Shown piece after piece: positions 52,301-64,000 of a stretch of 64,000 nucleotides of DNA. The notes below the pieces were generated by a model that was given only the letters and a program-made list of their open reading frames with translations, was not told the DNA's origin and searched no databases. The stretch is taken from the NCBI GenBank assembly GCA_964035545.1, contig OZ037769.1, positions 5,933,929-5,997,928 of the forward strand. The letters run 5' to 3'. How positions within the stretch are numbered: the first letter of the stretch is position 1; the number at the start of each line of letters is the position of its first letter. This stretch comes from Bugula neritina. Lineage: Eukaryota; Animalia; Bryozoa. The position numbers were made by a program, and so were the translations under genes.

Positions 52301-55300
52301 CAAAAGTATCTAAATTTTAATGCAATTAACAAAATTTGCATGCTGCAAAATGTAATCTTCCTGTTTTATAAATATCCATAAATAGTTTGAAGATAAAAAT
52401 AATTAAAACAAAAATAGAATTAATATTCATCCTATTAAGATGAAAGAATTTACCGAATTGTAATTTACAATTATAATGTAGACAGTGTAACAGCTTGTAT
52501 CAAGACAATTATAGTTTAATAGCAGCCATCTTTGAAAGCTCTTCAAATCATTTCCTGACTAGTCTATTGTGATACTCAGGTAAGCCTTAAAAATACAAGG
52601 CAAAGCAATTTTACTTCAACGCATTCCTCATAAACAACAGGTGATACAAAACTCATTAAAACACAATAATTGATAGCTTTTAATATGAAATCAATCAGTC
52701 AGAGGGCTGTCCACCCTTTGCCACGATATCGTGGTTATACAAATACAATATAATGATGTATACAATGAAACAAACTGTTCCTTTTCCATTAGCAACACAA
52801 AATATTTGCACAAATGGCAGAAGCAATGACCATGCAACATTATAATTTTGCAGCAGTGAAAAGTAGCATAAGGAACAGGTAGCATAACATAAAGCAACAT
52901 TACATAATATTATATAATATTGCATAGCATAATTTCACATGTATAAAGTATCATTATGTAACATATCATTACATAACATAATAATATAGGGTAGTATGAT
53001 TGTTGCTAACCAAGCAGCTAGAATCTACATGAATGATGTTATCGAAGTTTGAGCTTATGTCTAAGGTGAGCCAGTATCTTCTGGCCAACAAGATTGCAAC
53101 ATGAACATACAATAGGCCTACCATTAAAATACTGGCAAAATTTAATAACAGCATTTGTTCTGTATAAGTACCAAGCTCGAAAACATAACCGCCACTTTAT
53201 AAAAATTTTGATGAACATTAAATAAACTCATTTTTGACTAACTACTAACAACAGGCTTTCGAGCTAATTGCTGTTTAAAATTATTTCATTTGTAAAATTT
53301 CCTGGTTTAGTCAGCTTTTGGAAGCTTGAAGCTGGCAAAAGATGAAGCATGTCTTACTCAGAAATTAGCAGCTGTGTTACAACCTCTAGCCCACACACCA
53401 ACATGAATACTAAATGAAGTAGAGCACAGTCTGGAAGGTAGCCTGGAGAGGGTTATATGGTAGCCATGGGATTAGCGGCATTCTCTGTTGTTTTGCTGCT
53501 TCCTCTATTGCTTTGGGTTACACCTTCTGCCAAAACTTAGAAGGTTAAGCCTCAGGACAAATGCTGCATTTCCCTTTCTATTCTATAGAGAAAAAAAAAC
53601 AGAATTGCGAAATATAGCAAACACTTAGTGTAGTGGGAGTAGTTGGTTATATTTATCAAATGACTCATGTATCTTGAACATATTTGCAAAATCTCACAAA
53701 CAACTTAATAAGGCTATTGGCAACTGCTCGGTCAGCTAAATTTAGTAAACTAAGTCGTACCAGACTTTTCCCTAACTGTTGTAAAACTGTTTAACAATAT
53801 ATTGTCACAGTATGCAAGATAAAGATCAAGATCCAAACATTCTAGTTGAAGTATTGTAGCAGCTTCGGTAAGTGATTTAAGGAGGGTTTTAGTATTTACA
53901 TAAATTGGCAAGTTTCACTGTCTCTACAGGCTACATATACATTCGGGTGTGGTGTACGCATTTTCTCACAGATGTTTTATAGCTTACTGGCCTAAAATTT
54001 CTTAGTACAGGTGCAAAGGTTCTGATGTATTAAATATCATATGAATGCAAAGCAAAGGGTATGAGGAAGTTATATAACGTGCCATAAAAGTGATGTAAAA
54101 TAAGTAACTAACTCTGCCTGTTTATGACATCAAGTTACACGCAACTTTTCAAAACATATCAAAGGTTTGCTTGCGTGCACAGTAACTGAGTTACTCAGTC
54201 TATTACTTTTTAGCAAATCAAAACGCAGTTGTTTTAAAAATCTTATACTTTCCCCTTACACCAGCTGTGGTACACTTATAACAATACTACATGTACAGTG
54301 CACAGTATGTATACTGTGCACTGTATACTACATATTGCATAATGTATACTGTATACTGTGGTATAGAGTATACATTATGCAATATGTTGTATACATATAT
54401 ACTGAAATTTCATAATCATCCAAGCAAATGTTTATGTTTAAACTATTAAAATATGCTGAGAAGAATAAAACAGTTTTACCGATATTCTAACCACTATTCC
54501 AACCAACTTAAAAATGAAACTTAAAATTGACTGCAGTGCTGGTTAAAATAGATATATTAGTAAAATAATAGTTTATCAGTTTTATTATAAACTCTTTCTA
54601 AAAATATATGGACCTTTTAGTTTATTTTCTATTGCCAGCTGCATGCGTACAATAACACTAAGGCTTGTTTGGATATGCTAAAGTTAATTACTATACATGG
54701 CTTACAGGACAAGAAAAATAAACTTTTAAAGAATTTTAAATATTTGGCAGCCAGGTATGTTGAAATTTTATTACCAAGTCACAAGTACTTGTGATGCAAT
54801 CTTCAAATAAAACTGCAGATCTAAAAATTCCTCTAAAATTACACAAAAATATGAGTAATTAAACTTGAATATGAATTATGATTGATAAGATTTAAAAATA
54901 CATTATAGATTTTGTTGCAAGATTTTATGCAAGTTGTTTGTGAAATTTTGTTTAAATAACAAAAAAATATTTATTGCTATCTGATTGGTGAGTATCCAAA
55001 AAGTTGTTCATCATTACATCCAACCTAATGTCAGCTAAATAATTGTTTTAATGTTTTCAAAGCTGAATTTTTTTCAAGTCCTAAGGAGCCATTCTACTAA
55101 CACTTTACTTGATAGCTAATAACTTAGTAGCTATATTATAAGCAAATCTTAACAGCAGGCTGAATATAAATAATTAGTTTTTTTTTCAATAAAGTTATTA
55201 TTTATTAGAGCTGTGACAGTCAGTGGAACTTCTGGGTGATAAAACTTTGATGTGCACTTTGAATCAAGTAGATCTATGAGTTTTGTACATTTGATATTCC

Positions 55301-56908
55301 AGTTCAGTCATTAGTGACAAAAAAGTAGATAACTCTGTAAATGTGAAACTGAGCTTCCAATATTAAAAGTAAAGCATTTAATTTACTTATATGCTAACTA
55401 TCTAATTTAAATCAAGAAAACATTTATTAAAACAGTTCAATATTTTATTGCATTTGTGATATTTTGATAAGATTCTTAAAGCTATCACATTGCTTGAAAA
55501 CAAGTTTTGGGAGTTCCAAGTTCCAAGGCATGAGTCATGATTTATTGCTCAATAGAAAATAGTAGTACATGTTTATGTTGCAATACATATAGTATCAACA
55601 CTGCAGTGATATTATTATATATTATTATATTACATATTATTATTATATATTACCATATCATATATTGATATTATATAGGTATTACAGAAAAAGTTACATA
55701 TAACCTTTTCTATAACACCTATATAAAATAAACATAGCCCTAACTATACATAGCAGCTTACTGAGTGAGCACTTGCCAAGCACTAGCACCTTATGTCTGT
55801 TTTTAATGTCTGCTGTTATGTAAACCTGTCAAAAATGTAATCTGATAGCTGCTAGCAAAGCAAGTGTAAAACTCTCGAGCACGCCTGTCAGTTTTGACAT
55901 CATCTTTTCACATGTTTATACACGTGTTATACTGTCTCTAACAAACATTATAAAATGGAAATAAGGCAAGGGGTGATAATATTAGGCAAGTTTCCAGCAT
56001 TTAATTACTTGTTTAGTCTGGCAGGCAGACGTGATCGCTGATAGGGCATCATGTTTATAGACACATGAGCTGCTGGTGCTGATTATATAACTGTTAATTA
56101 TGTTGCTTCTCCTCTAATCCAAACTGTAGAGGTAAGCGGAAATTATGCCATTTATAAGGTTTCTAAAATTTAATTTTCAGCAGTGGTTTTCATGACATGT
56201 TGAACATATATACACACGATCCAACTTGGAAGAAATATAGAAAGTATATCGTGAATCTAGCTGCACAGATATAAAATTACTCATATTCAAGTATTTACCT
56301 GAAAAATAAATATGCAAATAACAACAAACTCTAATTTTTTGGTGAACACTAGCTAGCTAAAAGAGAAGATAACTCTTGCATAAGAACACTTATACTGTAC
56401 TTGAACTATAATTAGTTTATATGATTTGATCTTAATGATTAATTATCGTTTTCATATTTGAATTAATGCTTTATAGCTGACATTTTTGAGCTCTGAATTC
56501 ACTCAAGTTTTAATGACACTAACTCTGATACTAACTATGTTTGCAGTTAGTATAAGAGATTTTTGTCATAAACTAGATGCTTTAGTTTATTTTTAACCTT
56601 CTGCTTAATTTATGACCTGGTTTACCTGGCCTACTATGAAACAAGATTTTTGATTGGTCAGCAAAAGTCGTTTAATGAAACCCACCAGTAATTGCTTTGT
56701 GAGCTTGTTTACCTGCATGAGAGGCTTACTGTCTTCTATGGTGAACTCTTTCATTCCACTAATTTTACAGCAACAGTTTAAAAATATTTGCTGTACGTCT
56801 AAATTGTCAACAATCCATATTATTTTAGCAGAATAATATACGTTACTTTTGAGCCTAGAATTCATAATTCACAAACATAATTCAAACTAAGCTACAATAC
56901 ATTACAAT

Positions 56909-57031
56909 ATACACTACACTACACTACACTACACTACACTACACTACACTATACTACACTACACTACACTACACTGCACTACACTGCACTGCATTACACT
57001 ACATTGCACTATACTACACTGCACTACACTA
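56909..57031. repeat. (ACACT)n pentanucleotide microsatellite
   Basis: ACACT units degenerating to GCACT/ACATT. Confidence 0.9.
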
Positions 57032-58127
57032 GGCATCCTTTTAACATTTAGTCTAATAAGGAGCGAGCTGGGACTGCTCTGATAGTGCAGTGACTCAAGG
57101 GTCTCCAATCACGTGCCAAGTATTCCATCCCTCCCCCTCCCATTCATCTCTTTCTATACAATACTTTGAATCAAGTCATTTTAGGAGATCATCTTTTTCG
57201 GCTTAATTTACCGAAAGCTGAAAGTCTGTGCTATATTTAATGTTAGTAGATAATGAAGGAATTTAAAAATGTCAAGAAGATGGAAATACAAGTTACAAAA
57301 CATCCAGCACGACAACTTAATATATAATTTATGTAATATAGGTGTGAATTATTATTTTATGTTATCCCATGTCCACTCTTTTTGTTTATTTCTTCCTTAT
57401 AATTAACCTGGGGGGGGGGGGGGTTTAGTTGTATGAGATCATTTTTTAAAAGCTGTTAGAATGTATTTAACTATTATATATTATACTTGAGATGGTCAAT
57501 AGAAAAATATGTTATCTACTCTACCAAGAGAGGTCCTTACTTGGGAGTTTGGGGTTTAGGTTGATGACACATTTCACTAAGAGCAGAGTATACAACTAAC
57601 TGCTAGAACAACTGAGTCAATGAAATACACGTAGGGCAGCATGTCAGCGCCCTTATTACCTTTTATGATTTTAGTTAAAATGTCTTGACCCTTAATTTTT
57701 GGAAATTGCTAAGATTCATAACTTTATCTTGAACTGATATTTTCATATAACTACTATCACAACTGTAATATCAGTCAGGCATTTAAACAATCCTGATTCT
57801 GGTTAACAGATATAATTCAATTAGAAAGACAGTAAATTAAAAGCAGTATACATATTGTCTCTGCTATTTGGCAAAAGGCAACTCACAAGAATTAAAAACA
57901 CACATAACATAGTACATAATGTTAAAATGTGCGCAAATGGAAATATTCTGTTTAATACGAATTACCTTATAAAAGTTACAAGTACAGGTTATTGCTCTAC
58001 TATTGCTTCTTTTCTATATAACCAAAATATATAAAGCAGCAGTTGGAAAGAACCATGGTGGCTTAAATTGAAGCAAATTTGTTTTATAACAAAATCACCA
58101 ATGCCAAAGTATAGAAACTTGCTGAAG

Positions 58128-58289
58128 TAGGTGCAGCAATGAAGAAATTGAGAAAAGCCTGTGTTCTAGATTGTAAATGTAGCATAAGAAGTTATGTTCT
58201 CGCAAGAATTTCAACTGGCGCCCCAAACCATAATTTGATAATAAAACTAAAGAACTTAGGCTATCTCAATTTCTCCACTACTGCTCCTA
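58128..58289 (+). mobile_element. ~160-bp MITE (family copy D)
   Basis: Imperfect TIRs TAGGTGCAGCAATGAAGAAATTGAGA / TCTCAATTTCTCCACTACTGCTCCTA; three more copies in the window. Confidence 0.8.
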
Positions 58290-59770
58290 AATGAATTAAC
58301 TTGTTCAGATAACTTATACATATCATTAGGAGTTGCTTACACACGTATGCATTAAATATAAAAGCAAAAGCTTCTGGTTTCCTTTTAAATAAGCAAAACA
58401 CTCAAGGCTGGCCAATGTTACTATTTCAAAAATGGAAGTGTTCAGCTTAATACTAAATACCACATTCACAATTTTAGATGCATTTTCAACAGATCAAATG
58501 CACTGTTTTATATTAAAAACAGTACAAACCATAAAGTTATGTTTCTTCATGATGATGTTGTGTGGAAAGATAACTTCTCATTATTTAATTTGTTCATGTT
58601 AATTAAAAGATTCATCAATTTTTTAATTTTTTAAATAATAAAGTATGGCAATCAATTAAAAATTATGGTATGGTGATTGATGCAGGAAAATAAAGGTAAT
58701 ATTGAAACACTAATAGCAATACTATATAACAACCAACAAGCTCCAACATTGTTAATTGGGACATATTTAACTTACTCAACAGTAAGCAATAAAACTATGC
58801 AGGGTTTTGTTTTACCTCTATATACTTATCTGCCGTAATTATTGTATTAGTGTAAATATCAATTTTAAATAATACAGAGTTATGATATTCAATACTAGTG
58901 TTTTATTTGCACTTATAGCTTTGAATTTTTTTCCAGTGATGGATTGCTTATCTAATAATTGAGCATAAGCAAATAATTATAAATGGTTCAACAGTGAACA
59001 GATTATAAAAGTAAACAATTTCAAACAAGAGTTTATTTCTATATTTTGGAGTTGCCTGACCTTGAATAGTCAAACTGTGCACCATTTGATTATACTGAGA
59101 TAATATTATAGTATGCAAACTTGTTTTTACTAAATTAAGTTTCAGTGTAAAAAATTCAAAGACATTCTTTTAAAGGTTTGGCTCAAAAACTTAAGAATCA
59201 TGCTCCTAATGGATGTCTAAAGTTTATTGCAGATAAAATCATAATAACATAGTTTGGATTTAATTGATTTTATCTCATTAATAGTTCAGCACTTTTACGA
59301 GGTTTGGGCTTCAACTCTACTTATCTTTAAAGATTGTTGTCTTTAGCGGAGTAATGATTCAATCGAAGTAATTTGGTTTCTACAGCTGCATGAGTTTAGA
59401 AGAGTCAAATAATCCAAGTACTTCTACATTCTGGACAGTACATTTCTCATAAGCACAGATGTCTAGAGACTGTTGCAGTAAATTGAAAAAAAAGGATGTC
59501 ATAACAACCTGTTTTAGCGCATTTTCAACACATGAATTTGTATGAAATAAGAATTGGCATTGTGTTAATACTGGCAGGATAACTCCAAAACAGAATAATC
59601 TTCCCCAATTAACATAGCACTAGCTTCTTGGCTATATATTTAAATTTAAAAAGCAGCATTAATTTTGAATAAAAACAACAAATGCAGCAACTTCAATACA
59701 ACATGCCCCTGCATTAGCAGTTCAAAAACAAAACGATGACAGTTGATTCAAGATGTGAATTGTCTTTTTA

Positions 59771-59923
59771 GAATTGTTCTGTAAGCAGCTCCAAATTGGG
59801 GTGACTGAGTGCAATAGTTAAAGGTTCTCAAGTTTGGAGTTATAAGTCCCCAACTCTAAACTTGATAACACCTAACTATTGCACTCAGTCACCTCTAACT
59901 TGGAGCTGCTTATAAAACAATTC
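59771..59923. repeat. Foldback/palindromic element with ~70-bp arms
   Basis: GAATTGTT.T.TAAGCAGCTCCAA..GGTGACTGAGTGCAATAGTTA.. is mirrored by ..TAACTATTGCACTCAGTCACC..TTGGAGCTGCTTA..AACAATTC, with a ~10-nt loop. Confidence 0.8.
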
Positions 59924-61256
59924 GTTTTTTATACTTTAGCTATGTACTTTAGTGAGTGACAATTACTCTGAGAAGACAAATCCTAATCTACTTTGTTTTG
60001 TAACTCGTATGATTCAGTAAAGTCCCTGCCGTGCATTGCTGACTCAACTCGATTGTCACTGCAAAGTTGTGAAAAAAATATTTCAACTTCATCAGTGGTT
60101 TAGTTGGAATTATGGTTTATTCCGCGTAGGCAAGAGCTTAAGGTTCAAAAGATACTGGTGGTCTAGTGGGTAGGCACTGAATCATTAGCTATGCTGAGTA
60201 ATGCCCTGGCTGCTTTTGTTGTGGTAGTGCAAAGATTAGGTGATTAACTGAAATAGCAGTTACTTTGGGTTTTGATGGTATGAACTAAAAATAATTCAAT
60301 TAAAGCATTAATAACTGTTTTATGTGGAGCTGAACTATTCATTAATGTTCACAGTAATTTATAAAGTTTGCTGAGAAAATATTGTGTGGTCAACAGTTAG
60401 ATTTTTTCTAATAATAGTGGTAAGCGATTTGCAATATTGAAGCAAAAAACTCTTTTGGAAAACATGATGAAAGACAGTTGAAAATTTGATTAAGCCAATC
60501 CAATTATAGGAGACGGATTTGGTGTGCATGCATATAACCTTGTACAGTTTTTCATTCCGATAACAAAACTCAATATTCAACACAATAAAATAGTTTTATT
60601 TTGTTTTGTGGCTTTTACTACTTCTCTTCCCAAAATTATTGTTGGAAGATTAATGCATTTTTATAACACTGGCTTCTACAGTGTGAAAATTACTTTTGCA
60701 TCAATGAAATTAATTGTAATATTTTATAATATTGCCTTTATTACTAAAACACTTTGTGTTTGATAGAAATAATATATACATGTATAGGAATAATAGACTG
60801 CTTAACAATAAATTATGTACACCAGTTGATACAAAAATAGAGAGTAATTTGGCAAAGAATATGGCAACAGCTAAGACTAAGTGCCCATAATGAGTGAACA
60901 ATCTGTGAATAAATGATAAAAACTGGAATGCATAGGAATTGTGCTGACTAAGGTAAAAGTTGAAAGTAATTTATCAAAAACTGCAATATTTGAGCAAAAT
61001 AATATTTTAATTACCACTAATTCCTTTAATGAATTCCTTTAAAAATTTTACAAAAAAAAGTGAAGAGACTAAAAGTGAAAATAAATTAAAATGCCTGTAA
61101 TAGTATTAATATCTTATTCTAAATGATGATACTAAATCTAAAACCATTTGCTATAGAAAATACGACTATATACATTGTCAGGCTATCACACTATCCTAAA
61201 CTGGAATCGTACCAATGATTTTGAAGCAACAATTTATTATCGTTTTAAATGTATAC

Positions 61257-61682
61257 TTGTTTACTCATGTAGTTTGTTTTCGAATGGTGACAGTGCAGAG
61301 GTGTGTTCATATCGACATCGTGGCTGTCAAGGGATGTTGGATGACTGGATTGACTATACTGTGAGTCAGTAGATACGCTGCTATCCTCTCTACCATCGTA
61401 CAGATCTTCGGCACAGCACTGAGCACCCGCTTGCCTCTCGTTGTACGGCACCCCTATCGGAATATGATGAGGCAGGTGTATAGGCTGAAATGTTCTACGG
61501 TGATAGTTAGTGCTGAAGCTGTTGTCTGATGAGCAGATGCCGCTGTCTGTACGGTTGTGGTGGTGAGGACAGGTTGCTGTGAAGGATGGTGAAGTAGAAG
61601 CTGGAGGAGGCGGCTGGTGGTCTGGCAATGGAGGAGCCCGAAGTGACCCGCCATGTTGCCAATGCTTGTTTCCGTGATTCAC
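61257..61682 (-). CDS. Probable upstream N-terminal exon of the SLC4 gene (Pro/Ser/His-rich)
   Basis: GC-richer 145-codon frame beginning at a pyrimidine-tract CCAG| acceptor. YHRRTFQPIHLPHH resembles the His-rich N-terminal motif of AE2-type proteins. The donor (CAA|GTATAC, phase 0) is weak, so the 3' boundary is uncertain. Confidence 0.55.
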
Positions 61683-63884
61683 CTGGTAACAAAAATAGAA
61701 AAATTAACATAACATAATTGTTGCTAGCTTCTTGAACAATGTCTTGGAATTTCGAGATTAAACCACACCACCAGGGCATAATGATCATCCCAAACTCATC
61801 ATTGCACAACTTGCCCATCATTGGTCAGATTTAATTAATGGTATGCTTTTCTCAAGAATAAAACTAACCACTGGTATACTAGAGTGATTTGTCACCTATT
61901 AGGTTACAGGTGTTTTGGTAGGAAAACCGATAAGAACTGAAATTTATTATTTAGAATAATTCTTGAGTTGGTAGCAGCTTAAACCTTTCAGATACCCAGT
62001 GCAAATATATACAAGGTGGGGGAACAGTAGTTTCTGATAAAACAAGATTAACACAACATTGGATAGCTTCTGTAAACATAAGCTGAGTGCAAATACGATA
62101 ACAGCAACCTATTGACAACAGGTTGAGTAGCTCCTAGACAGCCAGTCTTACTTTACATCAAGTTTATATCAGGTTGTGGTCCAAACTAAGGTATAAGCAA
62201 GGATGGGTCAGTGAACGTAAGCTGGGTGTATAGAATATTGAGATAACTTTAAGGCTGGTTAAGCTAACAACAATATCAAACTTTTTCTTACTTTGACCAA
62301 TTATCACAAACCCATAGGCCTAAACAACATCTGTGCAAATATAAAACAAAGTGTGTAAAATATGGTAAACTTTCAGGCTGCATGTGTGTTCTGTGCTTTA
62401 CAGTTTCAATTTCACTGAAAAATTATTCCCCAGCTGGAGATAACCAAAAATTGTTACTATAAATATTCCTTGTTACCAAGACAGAAAAGTTAGTATTTAT
62501 ATAAGGGTAAGATTTTTATAGTAAAATAACAGCGCCCAGAGGCGCTACCATATCACGTATCAGATCCTCAACTGTGATAGGAAATTACTGCACAGCTTGA
62601 CATCGATATGATCCTTAAGAGATGAGATTAGTCTTTGAGCAAATCACATCTTTCAATTTAATTTCTTGACATATCATAGCAAAAAGACAACTTTGTTCTG
62701 CATCACTAAAAGCTGACTCGGGTGTCATGTTTCACTTTGTCTCATGGCAAGTTGTTCAACAATTATACAGCGAAACCCAGTTCTAAATAGTAGGTTTTAA
62801 AAAAGAGATACGGCAATTAAAAAAGTCACTTTTCAGCAATATTTGAATGAGAGTACAGACTGATAGCCAAACTAATAACTGGTCTAGTGTGAACTCACTG
62901 ACAAACAAAAAGTTCAAATCTAAATACAAGCCTGAAGCACTGTCTAACCAAAGCCAATAGTGTATTAAAACTTACTCAGACAGTTTTAAATATTTTTAAT
63001 TAAATTTTGCTAACAATTTGCATAAATCAAGCATAATAACACCTCTGCCTATTAAATCAATCACTCTTGCAGCAAACCTCTATGTACATTTATCTCTAGA
63101 TGGTAATTTACAAGCAACATACAAAATTATTTGGCACATTTACCAAGTGAAAATATTCATTAATTTGGAGTTAGCTCTGGAAATAGAAATCAAACAAATA
63201 GTTGATAAAGTAGTTCCATAGCCTAAACAACGACTTTCAACACATTTGAAAATACAGGAAAATGTGGCAGCTGAAGGAATAATAATTTTTATCTAAATTA
63301 AAAACACGCTGAAAGCATCGCTAGTAAGTAACGCCCCAGGCAAGCGGCTAAAAGGCTTCTCATCCGATAGAAAAGTCTATTTACTTAATTCATCAGCTGG
63401 CTGAGTAGTAAGTGGCGGAGTTAATGAGGATGTATATATCAACTCTTAAACCCTCAAGACACAGTGGTTTTTTGGCCTTAAACAAATTACTCCCAATTTC
63501 AGGCACATCTGCCTCTAAGTGTACTCAGTACAGGATGCTGTAACACTGAAGATCATGTCAACTGAAGGAGAACACTGAAGCTGTATGAAAGAAATAGGGG
63601 CCAATATTGCATGCTTCAGCACCTGCGTCTTAAAAGCACCTATTAGAATTTTTTTAGTTTTAGGAGTTATCTTAACCACATCTCAGCCTATGGTAGGTCT
63701 TCTGTATCTTAAAGTTTGCAGTAAGATATTTTTTACAATGTTTTTCATTAAAACTGTTTGTATAAATCTCTATAAAAATAATATTTTATTTAGTAATTTC
63801 ATAGAAAGGTTTTATAAAATTCCCAACTTTATAACTCTGCTTTTTACAATTAAGATTGTTTTGAAATACAAACATATTACTCAC

Positions 63885-64000
63885 CGTTCTTTCATCTATT
63901 TCTGCATACACATGCTTTTCAGTTGACGGCACTGATGCAGAATATCCGTCGTGTGTTGGGTTTACGTTACGAGAAGACAACTTTGGGCTAGCTGACTTGC
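63885..64000 (-). CDS. Coding exon upstream of the 61682 exon, probably SLC4 N-terminus, possibly truncated by the window edge
   Basis: Open frame KSASPKLSSRNVNPTHDGYSASVPSTEKHVYAEIDERT ends at a strong ACG|GTGAGT donor, phase 0, compatible with the acceptor at 61682. Confidence 0.55.

Noticed and set aside
53357-53582. Exon-like segment with acceptor and donor motifs in the large intron
   Set aside because: Stops in all three minus-strand frames; cannot be supported without transcripts.

Overview
AT-rich animal (invertebrate-like) genomic DNA with spliceosomal genes. I reconstructed four host genes by hand from GT-AG junctions and exon phases: ABITRAM/FAM206A (-, 3243-11972), ATP synthase subunit e ATP5ME (+, 12511-14761, head-to-head with ABITRAM), ABTB1 (-, 15459-21174), and an SLC4 AE2-like anion exchanger (-, 22425 to at least 38397, probably extending past 64000). 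The window also holds an intact, very young BEL/Pao LTR retrotransposon (40556-48660, TSD CTTGC), antisense in the probable large SLC4 intron, plus tRNA-derived SINEs, a ~160-bp MITE family, a 1.07-kb (GT)n tract and minisatellites. The most notable signal is in the retrotransposon. It has no tRNA-type PBS. The sequence right after the 5' LTR is instead complementary to the element's own LTR RNA (9 nt unspliced, 13 nt across a predicted intron inside the LTR). The left end carries an extra inverted 93-bp copy of the LTR 3' end that stops exactly at the predicted self-primer boundary. This looks like a fossilised minus-strand strong-stop DNA and suggests a possibly splice-assembled self-priming mechanism in a BEL/Pao element (inference, untested).
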